Origin: Acidobacteriota bacterium
Lineage (GTDB): Bacteria > Acidobacteriota > UBA890 > WLXD01
Length of the DNA stretch: 64,000 bases
Direction of reading: 5' to 3'
Assembly: GCA_965205505.1 (NCBI GenBank)
Contig: CBDBHB010000007.1
Span: forward strand, 160,001-224,000
The notes beneath the pieces are model-generated. The model was given only the letters and a program-made list of their open reading frames with translations, was not told the DNA's origin and did not search any database. Position 1 is the stretch's first letter. Each line of letters begins with the position of its first letter. This document shows positions 42,331 through 53,188 of the stretch, in pieces. Position numbers and translations under genes: made by a program.

Positions 42331-42998
42331 TCGACACCCGTCGCTACCGGTTCCAAGTAGTCCTCCCAGAGGTCCACATAAAGGCGGTCACGGGGGGGCG
42401 CGTCGGCACCCCAAAGCTCGGTCGCTTCGAACCGGACGCAGTAAAGCGGCTGGGGGTCCTCCCCTTTTCCATGTGCATTGGAGTCGAGAAACACATGCGT
42501 ACCGTGGCAGATTGCAATCGCCCCCAGGTGCCCTCTTACATAGCGCGGCAACCTCGTGTGGCCCGGCGGATGCAGATTGCGGGCACGCACCCGATCGCCC
42601 ACGTCGAATCGTGGTTGGAGCCGCCCGGTGTTGCGGCTGGATGCCATTCCGCCGCGCACAATCGCCTCGATGATCTCTGCGTTCGCGGGTGGATCCCCGG
42701 CGGGCGGTTTCGTCGTGGAGACGCCGCTGGCGATCTCCTCCTCGGAGAGCACGCCCAACTCCTTGGCTCGCGCCTCCATGCCGGCCAGCCACCGTTCGTA
42801 GTACGAGACGGTGAGATAGAGCAATGGGTCCATTCGCTCACTGGCGTGGCGCGACGCGTCGATCGACCCGAGCCCGCCGGCGGCGAGATTCATCGCAAAG
42901 ACACGTCTTTCCCACTCGGCGCGAAAGAGCGGCTCGTCGTGCTCCCGCGCGACCGGGCCGAAACAGGTCATCCCGCCCAGATCATGGATGCTATTCGT
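42327..42998 (-). CDS. nthB: Nitrile hydratase beta subunit; canonical start reads ACG
   Basis: (ACG)[43 protein letters not shown]. Alternative ATG at 42971. Confidence 0.95.
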   Translation of the reverse strand, partial: TNSIHDLGGMTCFGPVAREHDEPLFRAEWERRVFAMNLAAGGLGSIDASRHASERMDPLLYLTVSYYERWLAGMEARAKELGVLSEEEIASGVSTTKPPAGDPPANAEIIEAIVRGGMASSRNTGRLQPRFDVGDRVRARNLHPPGHTRLPRYVRGHLGAIAICHGTHVFLDSNAHGKGEDPQPLYCVRFEATELWGADAPPRDRLYVDLWEDYLEPVATGVE

Positions 42999-44592
42999 TG
43001 GAAGGGGCCCCGGCCAGGCTGGGTGATCTCGAAGCCCTCGCGATCCTTTGCGGCGCGCACCATGCGGCGAACATCGGCGAGCAAGGCCGGCGCGTCAAAG
43101 ATGACGCCGTCTTTGATCGTGTACCTGATCGCGCCGACGCGGGTAATGCTGTTGTCCACTAGCAGCTTGAGCGCGCCGATACCGTAGAGGACCTTGAGGT
43201 TCTGCAGTGGGTTCTCCTCCACGATAACGAAGTCGGCCAACTTGCCGACCTCGATCGACCCGACCTCGTCGGCCACCCCCAGTGCATGCGCACCATCGAG
43301 AGTGGCGGCGCGGATCACCTCGAGGGGATGAAACCCTGCCTCGCGTAAGAGCTCCATCTCACGCACGAACGAAAAGCCGTAGAGGTTGTATGAGTAGCCG
43401 GAGTCGGTGCCGATGGCTACCCGGCCGCCACGGTTCTTGTATTCGTTGATGAACGTCATCCACAGCTGGTAGCTGCGTTTCCCACGACACCTCCTCTTCG
43501 GTGCCCCAGTAGAACCAGTACGAGGCGTGGGCGACCCGGTTGGGCAGGTAGAACCGCCACAGCGAAGGCAGCGTATGTTCCTCATGCCATTCGGCGCGCG
43601 CCATGCGCATGAAATCACGCGTGGTCTCGTAGGCAACGAAAGTCGGCACGATCGTGAAGTCGAGCTCGAGCAGCTCATCCATCACCGCGTTCCAGTGTGG
43701 CGTGTACGGCGCCGCCGCCTGCTGCCAGAGCCTCCCGGCTTCGCCGAAGCGATGCTGCTCGTCGTTGTAGTTGTAGTCGAGGCGGAAATCCTGGATGGCG
43801 CGATCCGTGAACAGCGCCTCTGGCAGGCCGTACCAGTGCTGCATCGAGGTGAGCCCGAGGCGCGCCGAGTCGAGCACGTTCATCCACGCCACGTCGAGCT
43901 GGGCGTGGTGCATCGTGGAGTACAGTCCTCGTCGGCGGGCCTCGTCGAGCGCCGCTTCCATGATGTCGGGCCGGGCCCCGAAGAACTTGATCCCGTGTGC
44001 GCCCATGCGCAACCCAGGCGCGCGCCTGCTGCGGCGTCGCGATGGAGCCGTCGTGTCCCTGCCCGAATGAGACCGACGGGTAGAGCCGCGGCGCGGTGAT
44101 CTCGTTGGCTTGGCTGCGCGCCTGATGATCGAGCATCCAGCGAATACCGTTGTCGCTGCCAGGGTCTGAGCTCGTCGTGATGCCGTGCCCCATCCAGAGC
44201 TTGAGGATGTACTCGGCGGGAGTCTCCGGCCCCGCGAGTTGGCCGTGCAGGTCGACGAAGCCCGGGAGCACATAGGCGCCACCGAGCTCGAGCACGCGGT
44301 CGCCGGCGTTCGCCTGCGGCCGCCGCGACTCGTCGATGGCCGCCCCCGGCACGCCGACGTTGCGGATATCGACGATGCGGTTGCCCTCGACAACAATGTC
44401 GACCGGCCCTCGCGGCGGCGCCCCGGTACCGTCGATCAAGGTCGCCGTGCGCAGGATCAGGCGCTGGAACGGCCCTTCCCCGACGGTTCGATCGGGTGCC
44501 GCCGGGTTTTGTGCCGAGACCGCCGGCACGGCGAGGGCCGTAGCGGCCACCAGCACCGTCATGGCAGTCGCCCTGCACGCCGATGCCTTCAT
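42968..44592 (-). CDS. Exported amidohydrolase-family protein, two frameshifts (near 44005 and 43480)
   Basis: LIDGTG, VLPGFVDLHG, GIKFFG, GTDSG, GSIEVGKLADFVIVEENPL spread over three frames. Confidence 0.88.
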
Positions 44593-45020
44593 GGGGTCAC
44601 CGTGCGTAAGTTCGCGTACCGAGGCTCAAAGCGTTGACCTAGCGTCACGCTCTCGATGCTGAGAGGACTCATGTCCTCAACCTCAGCCAGGGGCTTGTAA
44701 TCGGTGGCCATGACTATCCCTCTACTGCTCTGGAAGTGTGTCGAACCTAGCAGGCCATGGTGACTCTCCATCTTAATCTCCGGGGGTCCTTCTCTGGGCC
44801 GTACTGGCTCGTGAGAGCGTAGGTCTTTGCTCCTTCGCTTCCTTGTCGACTTGCTCACTGGTTGCGAGTCGGGGCTGGCCGTTTTGGCGGCACCGATGGA
44901 GTCGTCGACCCTACTCGCCTTCCAATCCTTCGGCAGCTTCTGCATGTCATAGATTCCGAGTCGTTACCTACACGGTGGGAACCGGGTAGTGTCTCCGTAG
45001 AGTAAGAGGAGGACCCGAAC

Positions 45021-46133
45021 TTGGGACCGGCACACCCGCAAAGACCCTTCTCTCGCAAACCGTGGTTGCTCGTGGCGTGCCTGCCCCTGCTCTGGTGGGG
45101 GTCGGCGCCGAACCAGGATAGTGGCGCGGTCGAAGCGAGCGACGGCATCGAGATCCTCTACGTCGCTAACCGGATGGAGGGGACGATCTCCGTTATCGAG
45201 GTGCCGAGCTTCGAGGTGATCGGCAAGTTCGACGCCCTGCCCGACATCCCGGCCGACCAGCGACCAGAAGGCGGGCTAGCGTACGACCTGGTGGCGCCGA
45301 GCACGGGCCAGGTGTTGTACCTGGCTCGCGACGAGGTTCGCGACGTAGTGGCATTCAGCACGGCGACCGAGGAGCTGCTGTGGCAGCTGCCGGTCGGCGG
45401 CATCGCCGATCACATGGCTCTCTCGCACGACGGGCGCTATCTGTTCGTCTCGGTGATCAGCGAGAGCCATGCGGTCGTGATCGACACCGTCGAGCCCGCA
45501 GTCGTCGGCAAGATCAATACCGGCATCGGCCCGCACAGCATGCATATGTCGCCCGACGGCAAGCGTGTCTACAACGGTTGCATCCTGTGCGATCAGATCA
45601 CCATCGCCGATGCCGGCACGTTCGAGGTTATCCGGACGATTCAGTTCGATGAGGGCGTGCGGCCGTTCGCGATCACGGCCGATGAACAGACGATGTTCAT
45701 TCAGCTCTCCAAGCTGCACGGCTTCGTCGTGCTCGACCTGAAAACCGATCGCATCGTCAAGACCATCCATCTACCAGTGCCGGACGGTGTGGAGCACATG
45801 AAGACCTGGCCTCACACCGCACACCATGGTCTGGCGCTGACGCCCGACGAGACCCGGCTCTGCGTAGCGGGCACAGCCGGGGACTACGTCGGGATCGTCT
45901 CGGTGGAGGGGCTGGATCTGCTAGCCACGATTCCGATCGGTAGCGAGCCCTACTGGATGACCGCGAGCCTCGACAGCAGGTACTGCTACGCCAGCGCACG
46001 CTACGACGACAGCGTCTCGATCATCTCGCTCGCCGAAGAACGAGAGGTCGCCCGCCTCGAGCTCGGTGACTACGCGTTCGGCATGTGGACGGTGCGTATC
46101 CCCGAGAGGCAGGTCGGTCGGTCGGGCAGATAG
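45021..46133 (+). CDS. YncE/YVTN beta-propeller protein
   Basis: LYVANR..GTISVI and repeated DH/PH-x-ALSxDG motifs; signal-like N-terminus. Confidence 0.85.
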   Translation: MGPAHPQRPFSRKPWLLVACLPLLWWGSAPNQDSGAVEASDGIEILYVANRMEGTISVIEVPSFEVIGKFDALPDIPADQRPEGGLAYDLVAPSTGQVLYLARDEVRDVVAFSTATEELLWQLPVGGIADHMALSHDGRYLFVSVISESHAVVIDTVEPAVVGKINTGIGPHSMHMSPDGKRVYNGCILCDQITIADAGTFEVIRTIQFDEGVRPFAITADEQTMFIQLSKLHGFVVLDLKTDRIVKTIHLPVPDGVEHMKTWPHTAHHGLALTPDETRLCVAGTAGDYVGIVSVEGLDLLATIPIGSEPYWMTASLDSRYCYASARYDDSVSIISLAEEREVARLELGDYAFGMWTVRIPERQVGRSGR

Positions 46134-46137
46134 TGCC

Positions 46138-46192
46138 CTAGCAGGCCGTGGTGAAAGTGTGGAGGGCCCTCCGGGCCGCCACAGCCTGCTAG
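46138..46192. mobile_element. 55-bp minimal family-A element with CTAG at both ends
   Basis: CTAG-CAGGCCGTGG...CCACAGCCTG-CTAG. Confidence 0.8.
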
Positions 46193-47190
46193 GGGTGGAT
46201 TCGGACGACGCCTTCCGCGACGGTCGGAAATCGTCGGAATAGCTCGGCGTCATGACCCGGTATTACTCGGGCGAAATCTCCGGCCAGTTCGACCATGCGC
46301 CTGAGCGCAGCGATGTTGGTGTCCCTGTCTTGAGGCGCGAACGTCGCACCAGCCCGACCCTCTTCGACGTTCCGGTACAGATATGCATTGTCGGAGGCCA
46401 AGACGTAGCGAGTCGGGCCATCGACCACCAGGTACTGCGAGGCGTAGGTGTGGCGGGCGCCCGTGAAGACTCGAATCCCGGGAAGGATCTCGATGTCGTC
46501 TCCTCCGATCAAGCGAACCGACCCCGCGGTGTTCCGCGACACCAGATGAGCCACGTCCGCACTGTCGATGCCACCGCTGTTGCCACCCGGTTGCCACGCG
46601 GCACCTGTGTAGTACGTGAACTCCGCCTCCTGAATCCAGACCATGGCATTCGGGAACAGCTCGAGCCCGCCCATGTGATCCCAGTGGGCGTGGCTGACAA
46701 CGATGTCCGTCACGTCTCCAGGGTTCACACCGATCCTCGACAGCACCCGATCCGGACGTACGAACCCACGAACGTTGAACCGGCCCAACCAATCCTCTCG
46801 GAAGAAACCGGTGTCGAAGAGGATGAGTCGGTCGCCACTTCGGATCAACCAGACGGCCATCGCGATGTCGATGGTCTCGTCTTGCGGTGCATCTGGTATG
46901 AGGCTACGGAGCGGGAAGTCCGTGATCTCGCCGTAACGGACCGCGAAGATCTCGGCTTCCTGAGCAACGCCGGATACAGGGGTGACAACGAGCGTCAACA
47001 AGAGCAGGACGACACCCGCTGGAAGCCCCAGTTTCGAATCCCGGTGGCCCAACTTCCAATACCCGTTCGGTCTGGATCGGCTACGCGCGACGATGGTAGC
47101 ATCGCGCCCCTCAGCGACAGCGGTCGGCCCTGGGAACGGGGCGTTCATGAGATCCGGTGAAGCTGGGCGCAGGAGGGGCGCCGAATGCAA
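46189..47190 (-). CDS. Metallo-beta-lactamase-fold hydrolase (AHL-lactonase family), probably exported
   Basis: FDTG, SHAHWDHMGG, ARHT, ASD, IPGHD. True start is probably downstream of 47190. Confidence 0.88.
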   Translation of the reverse strand: MHSAPLLRPASPDLMNAPFPGPTAVAEGRDATIVARSRSRPNGYWKLGHRDSKLGLPAGVVLLLLTLVVTPVSGVAQEAEIFAVRYGEITDFPLRSLIPDAPQDETIDIAMAVWLIRSGDRLILFDTGFFREDWLGRFNVRGFVRPDRVLSRIGVNPGDVTDIVVSHAHWDHMGGLELFPNAMVWIQEAEFTYYTGAAWQPGGNSGGIDSADVAHLVSRNTAGSVRLIGGDDIEILPGIRVFTGARHTYASQYLVVDGPTRYVLASDNAYLYRNVEEGRAGATFAPQDRDTNIAALRRMVELAGDFARVIPGHDAELFRRFPTVAEGVVRIHP

Positions 47191-49315
47191 TTCACGGCAA
47201 CTCGACGAGCGACGTTCTCAGCAAGCCTGCTGGCGGCCCTCGCCGTCCTCCCGCTTGCGGCGACATCCGGCGCCGCGCCGCCGTCAACCAGTTCCCTCGC
47301 CGCGGGCTCGGTCTCGCAGCCCACCTACGAGATCGCGCTCCAGGAGGCGTGGATTCCGATGCCCGACGGTGTGCGGCTGTCGGCCGACGTTTTTCTGCCC
47401 ACCGGCGGTGAGGCCGGGGAGAAGTTCCCGGTACTGCTCGAGTACCTCCCTTACCGCAAGAACGAGAAACGCGATCGGAACTACTCGCTGTATTCCTATT
47501 TCGTCGAGCGCGGCTTCGTGGTCGCCAGGGTCGACATCCGCGGCACCGGCAACAGCGAGGGCCGGACGATCCCCTACGAGTACAGCGAGATCGAGCAGGA
47601 AGACGGCGACGTGGTGATCGACTGGCTCTCGAGACAGCCGTATTCGAACGGCAACGTAGGGATGTTCGGCATCTCGTGGGGCGGCTTCAACGCCATCCAT
47701 ATGGCGATGCGCAACCCGCCGGCGCTCAAGGCGATTATCGCGGTGGCCGCAACCGACGATCTGTACCAGGACGATGTGCACTACATCGACGGCATCCCGC
47801 GCCTGGCCGAGTCGTGGCAGATGAGCCACGACCTCCAACAGGCCAGGCCGGCAGCGCCCGAGTACACCATCGACGAGGCCTACTTCCGCGACCGCTTCGA
47901 CGTTGCTCCGTCGATGATGACGTACATCCACCACCAGCGGGAGAGCCCCTTCTGGGACCGATCATCCTTGGTTGGTCAGTACGAACGCATCCGCATTCCC
48001 ACATTCGTGATCGGCGGCTGGTACGATGGTTATCGCGATACCGTGCCGCGCATGCTGGAGAATCTCGAGGCTCCGGTGAAGGGGATTATCGGCCCCTGGT
48101 CGCACTACTACCCGCACAACGGTTACCCGTTGCCGCAGATCGAGTGGCGCCGAGAGGCGGTGCGATGGTTCGACCACTGGCTGCGAGGGCGCGACACCGA
48201 AATCATGGACGAGCCCGCCTTCGCGGTATACGTGCGCAACTGGCACCCGCCAGGTCCGGTGCTCGTCGAGGCGCCGGGTACCTGGCGGTGGGAAGAGGGC
48301 TGGCCGATCGAGCGTACCCGCGACTGGATCCTGCATGCACAGCCGAACCATACCTTGGAGGAGTCGGTCCCGGCCGGCGCGGTGCACCAGATGCGTTATG
48401 TGCCGAGCGCCGGAATCGAGGCGGGCGGACCGACGATGTACTGGAGCGACGTGGCGCCCGACCAGAAACCGACGGACGCCTACAGCCTGGTCTACGACAC
48501 TGCGCCATTGGCCGAAGACACCGAGATCCTCGGGCTGCCACACGCCCTCCTGAGTGTCTCGGCGTCGGCGCGACGGGCCAACTGGTTCGCGCGCCTCAAC
48601 GACGTGGCGCCCGACGGCACCGTTGACGCTGGTGGCGGGGGCCGGATTCAACGGCACGCATCGGAACTCGGCGCGAGACCCGCAGGACGTGGTACCCGGG
48701 GAGGTGTTTCCGCTCGACATCGAGATGCACTTCACCTCGTGGGTGTTCCCCAAAGGACATCGCATCCGGCTGTCGGTGAGCAACTCGCAGTGGCCGATGG
48801 CCTGGCCCAGCCGCGACGCCATGACCACGACGCTGGGAATCGGCGGCGATAGCCCGTCGCGGGTCGTGCTTCCGGTGATTCCGTACGAGGAGCGGCCCGT
48901 GCCACCCTTCCAAGCTCCAGAGGCGGACCCGGTGTATCCGGGCTTCCGCAAGCTCGATACCGGCAATGCTTCGGGCTACGGCGAGATCGGTTCCATCGAG
49001 TACAACACGGCGAGTCGCTCAACTCGGGTCGAGGCCAGGAACACCGGCGGCACCGAGTACCCGTCGGGCACCTACCGGTATCTCGAACAGATCGCCCACG
49101 AGGTAGGGGACGACAGCCCCGAGGTGAGCTCGATGACCGGCGACCACACGATCGAGCTCGAGATCGGGGGCCACACCCTGGTCTGGGAAGCCGAGCTCTC
49201 GTTCCGCAGCGACTACGAGAACTTCTACTACACATACACACGACGATTGCTGCGTGACGGCGTGCTGGTACGCGAGCGCACCTGGGAAGACACCGTCCGG
49301 CGAGACTACCAGTAG
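47185..49315 (+). CDS. Exported CocE/NonD hydrolase (S15), frameshift near 48625
   Basis: IPMPDGVRLSAD, YLPY, DIRGTGNSEG, GISWGG, GGWYD, GPWSH; C-terminus GHRIRLSVS in the next frame. Confidence 0.92.
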
Positions 49316-49409
49316 GGGAGTTCGTACTGAGTATCGAGCTGGATCGGCACACGCGTTCCGCCGACCTCCCCACACGGGAAGGTGGCGACCGCCGGCGGCG
49401 CGGTGGTCG

Positions 49410-49533
49410 CCGCAGCGCCCGGCGTTGCTCCTCCTCCACGATGGGCACACATCGTCTCGTCGGAGCGCCTTGCGTCCGGGCCCATTTCGCCACCACGATA
49501 GGCAACGATCATCTGCTACGGGCCACTAGTGCT
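49410..49533. repeat. Dispersed MITE/REP-like repeat, family B (longer copy)
   Basis: Core GCGTTGCTCC...CGATG...CATCG...GGAGCGCCTTGC plus the end shared with 23515-23586. Confidence 0.8.
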
Positions 49534-49584
49534 GAAGAACTCAGCTAGAGCAGGCTAAGAGCCCCACAGTGTGAGAGGCCCAAG

Positions 49585-52017
49585 ATGAAGGACACAGCCC
49601 AGGTGGTGGTGATCGGCGGTGGCGTGGTCGGGTGCAGCGTGCTGTACCACCTCACCAAGGCGGGCTGGACCGATGTCGTGCTGCTCGAACGGCGGGAGCT
49701 GACCTCTGGGTCGACCTGGCACGCCGCCGGGGCGTTCCACACCCTGAACGGCGACCCCAACGTCGCCAGCCTGCAGAAGTACACGATCGAGCTGTATCGC
49801 GAGATCGAGGAGGTCTCGGGCCAGGACTGCGGCCTGCACCTCACGGGTGGCGTGGTTCTGGCCGACAGCGAGGAGCGACTCGACTGGCTGAAGATGGTCC
49901 ACGGCCGCGGCCGGTACCTGGGAATGGAGGCCGAGTTCATCTCGATGGCGGAGGCCGAGAGTTTGTTCCCCATGATGGACCCGTCGTACTTCGTCGGCGC
50001 GGTCTACGACCCGCTCGAGGGCCACGTCGACACCGTGGGAGTACCCAAAGCCTACGCTGGGGCGGCCCAGAAGGCTGGCGCCGAGATCCACCTTCACACC
50101 ATGGTCACCGATCTCGTGCAGCGCGCGGACTCGACGTGGGACGTCGTGACCGAGGCCGGAGTCATCCACGCCGAGCACGTCGTGAACGCGGCTGGCCTGT
50201 GGGCGCGCGAAGTAGGGCGCATGGTCGGTCTCGAGCTGCCGGTGCTGGCGATGGAGCATCAGTACCTGGTGACCGATCCGTTGCCGGAGGTAGTGGCATA
50301 CAACTCGGCCAACGACGGCCGCGAGCTCGTCGGAGCGCTCGATTTCGGCGGGGAGCTGTATCTGCGCCAGGAGGGTGAGGGCATGTTGATCGGCACCTAC
50401 GAGCGCGGCGGCAGGCCGTGGGCACCACGCGACACGCCCTGGGACTTCGACACCGAGCTGCTCCCGCCCGACCTCGATCGGATCACCGACTCGCTCAAGG
50501 TCGGCTTCGCCCACTTCCCCGCCTTCACCGACGCCCCGATCAAGCAGATCATCAACGGCCCATTCACATTCACCCCCGACGGCAACCCGCTCGTCGGGCC
50601 TGTCCGTGATCTCCCCAACTACTGGTTGGCATGCGGCGTGATGGCCGGATTCAGCCAGGGCGGCGGAGTCGGGCTGGCGCTAGCGGGGTGGATGACCGAT
50701 GGCGATCCAGGCATGGACGTGTGGGGTATGGACGCGACCCGTTTCGGCAACTGGGCGACGCCGGCCTACACCGACGCCAAGGTACGGGAGTTCTACTCGC
50801 GCCGGTTCAAGATCGCGTTCCCCAACGAGGAGCTGCCGGCCGGCCGGCCCCTCCAGACCACGGCCATCTACGACGAGCAGACCGCGGCCAACGCCGTGTG
50901 GGGCGCGGCCTTCGGGTTGGAGTACCCGCTCTGGTTCCAGCGTCCTGGCCTCGATCCGGTGGAAGAGATCACGTTCAAGCGCTCGAACGCTTTCGACATC
51001 ATCGGAGAGGAGAGTCGAGCAGTTCGCGAACAGGTGGGTCTCACCGAGATTTCGAACTTCGCCAAATACGAGGTCGCCGGCCCCGGCGCGAACTGCTGGC
51101 TGTCGGGCCTGCTTACCAACCGCATCCCGGCGCCGGGGCGGATGGTGCTCAGCCCCATGCTCAACGAGCGCGGAAAGCTGATCGGCGATTTCACCGTCGC
51201 GGCGCTCGATGCCGACTCGTATTACGTGTTCGGGTCGGGCAGTGCCGAGCAGTACCACATGCGTTGGTTCGGTCAGCACCTCCCCGACGACGGCAGCGTG
51301 CGGCTCCGAGCCGAGGGGGTCGGCCTCGTCGGACTCTCGATCGCCGGCCCGGCGTCGCGGGCCGTGCTGCAGGACGTCGCGTCGACCGACGTGTCGGCCG
51401 AGACCTTCGGTTTCCTCGACTTCCGTCGGATGAACGTGGCCATGATCCCGGCCATGGTCGGCCGCATCACCTTTACCGGCGACCTGGGCTATGAGGTCTG
51501 GGTGAGGCCCGAGTACCTACGCACGTTGTTCCGCACCCTCAGGGCGGCCGGCGAACCCCACGGGCTGCGGCTATTCGGGCTTCGCGCGCTGGATTCCTTG
51601 CGACTCGACAAGGGCTTCGGCTCGTGGTCCCGTGAGTACCGCCCGATCTACGGGCCCGAGGAGGCCGGCATGGGGCTCTTCGTGAAGCCCGACAAGGGTG
51701 AGTTCGTCGGTCGGGACGCCGCCGTTGCCGAGCGAGACGCGGGCCCGAAGCGACGGCTGGTTACGTTCGTGGTCGACGCCGTCGATGCCGACGTGATCGG
51801 CGACGAACCGATCTGGCACGACAACGAGGTCGTCGGCTGGGTCACCTCCGGCGGTTACGCCCATTGGTCGCAGCAATCGGTCGCCCTCGGCTACGTACCG
51901 TCCGAGCTGGCCGACGTCGGTGAGAGCTTCGAGATCGAGATCCTCGGCATTTGCAGGAACGCCGCTCTCCTGAAGGAGGCGCTTTTCGACCCGGCGGGCG
52001 CCCGCATGCGGAGCTGA
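49585..52017 (+). CDS. GcvT-family FAD oxidoreductase (dimethylglycine/sarcosine dehydrogenase-like)
   Basis: VIGGGVVG, GSTWHAAG, FTPDGNP, FTGDLGYE, SLRLDKG, VTSGGY, DPAGARMR. Confidence 0.95.
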   Translation: MKDTAQVVVIGGGVVGCSVLYHLTKAGWTDVVLLERRELTSGSTWHAAGAFHTLNGDPNVASLQKYTIELYREIEEVSGQDCGLHLTGGVVLADSEERLDWLKMVHGRGRYLGMEAEFISMAEAESLFPMMDPSYFVGAVYDPLEGHVDTVGVPKAYAGAAQKAGAEIHLHTMVTDLVQRADSTWDVVTEAGVIHAEHVVNAAGLWAREVGRMVGLELPVLAMEHQYLVTDPLPEVVAYNSANDGRELVGALDFGGELYLRQEGEGMLIGTYERGGRPWAPRDTPWDFDTELLPPDLDRITDSLKVGFAHFPAFTDAPIKQIINGPFTFTPDGNPLVGPVRDLPNYWLACGVMAGFSQGGGVGLALAGWMTDGDPGMDVWGMDATRFGNWATPAYTDAKVREFYSRRFKIAFPNEELPAGRPLQTTAIYDEQTAANAVWGAAFGLEYPLWFQRPGLDPVEEITFKRSNAFDIIGEESRAVREQVGLTEISNFAKYEVAGPGANCWLSGLLTNRIPAPGRMVLSPMLNERGKLIGDFTVAALDADSYYVFGSGSAEQYHMRWFGQHLPDDGSVRLRAEGVGLVGLSIAGPASRAVLQDVASTDVSAETFGFLDFRRMNVAMIPAMVGRITFTGDLGYEVWVRPEYLRTLFRTLRAAGEPHGLRLFGLRALDSLRLDKGFGSWSREYRPIYGPEEAGMGLFVKPDKGEFVGRDAAVAERDAGPKRRLVTFVVDAVDADVIGDEPIWHDNEVVGWVTSGGYAHWSQQSVALGYVPSELADVGESFEIEILGICRNAALLKEALFDPAGARMRS

Positions 52018-52090
52018 GCTCCGATCCGAAAGGAAACCGAACCCATCCAAAGGGAGCGTCGGCGACGCTTCCAACCGCGAGGAGCCGCTC

Positions 52091-53131
52091 TTGGAATATC
52101 GCACCCTGGGTAGGACCGGCTTGCAGGTCTCCTGCATCGCCTTCGGCACGGACAACTTTCTCGATCCGACCCCCGAGGACGAGTCGAAGCGCATGCTCAA
52201 CGTGGCCCTCGATGCCGGCGTGAACTTCTTGGACACAGGAGACGTGTACGCGGCCGGCGAAGCGGAGCGGATGATCGGTCGCGCCCTCAAGGAGAATGGC
52301 CGCCGGCACGAAGTGCTGCTCTCGACGAAGGTCGACCATTGCATGAGCATTCCTGGCCAATCTCTCGACGAGCACACGCCCGTCTCCAAGCCCAACACAC
52401 ACGGCCTCTCCAAGTACAACGTGATCCGCGCCTGCGAAAACTCGCTGCGCAGCTTCCAGACCGACTACATCGACGTCTACTACGCCCATCGCCACTCGCC
52501 CGAGATCCCGCTCGACGAGACGCTCGCCGCGCTCGACTATCTCGTGCGGTCAGGCAAGGTCCGCTACGTAGGCGCGTCGACCCATCCCGCGTGGGTGGTG
52601 ATGGAGGCGCTGGCGATCAGCAGGGAGCTCGGCTACCAGCGCATCGTCACGGAGCAATCGCCCTACAACCTGCTGGATCGCCGCATCGAGAACGAGCTGG
52701 TTCCGATGGCCCAGAAGCACGGCATCGGTCTCATCACCTGGGCGCCGATGGGAATGGGCGTGCTGGCGGGCCGCTACGACGATGCGGAAGATCTGCCGCA
52801 GGACTCGCGAGCCGTGTACCGAGGTGGGTTCTACCGGGATCGCGTCACACCCCGGGGCGTGGAGGTCGGGCGGCGCTTCGGTGCAATCGCGCGCCAGCTC
52901 GGCGTCTCCTCGGCGCAGCTCGCCCTGCTGTGGGCCAAGGACCAGCCGGGCGTGACAGCTCCCTTGATGGGGCCGCGCACGATGGAGCAGCTCGAAGACG
53001 CCTTGCCCGTCGCCGAGATGAAGCTCGACGACGAGACGCGCAGCGCCTGCGATGCGCTGGTGCCCCCTGGCTCTGCCGTGGCGGACTTCCACAACACCTC
53101 CGGCTGGATGAAGATGTCGGTTGGTGCGTAG
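52091..53131 (+). CDS. Aldo/keto reductase
   Basis: YRTLGRTGLQVS, FLDTGDVY, STK, GKVRYVG, QSPYNLL. Confidence 0.95.
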   Translation: MEYRTLGRTGLQVSCIAFGTDNFLDPTPEDESKRMLNVALDAGVNFLDTGDVYAAGEAERMIGRALKENGRRHEVLLSTKVDHCMSIPGQSLDEHTPVSKPNTHGLSKYNVIRACENSLRSFQTDYIDVYYAHRHSPEIPLDETLAALDYLVRSGKVRYVGASTHPAWVVMEALAISRELGYQRIVTEQSPYNLLDRRIENELVPMAQKHGIGLITWAPMGMGVLAGRYDDAEDLPQDSRAVYRGGFYRDRVTPRGVEVGRRFGAIARQLGVSSAQLALLWAKDQPGVTAPLMGPRTMEQLEDALPVAEMKLDDETRSACDALVPPGSAVADFHNTSGWMKMSVGA

Positions 53132-53188
53132 CTGTCGGGGCGACTCCGGGTGCCAGCCTAGGCTCAGCAGGCCGTGGCAACAAGGGCG

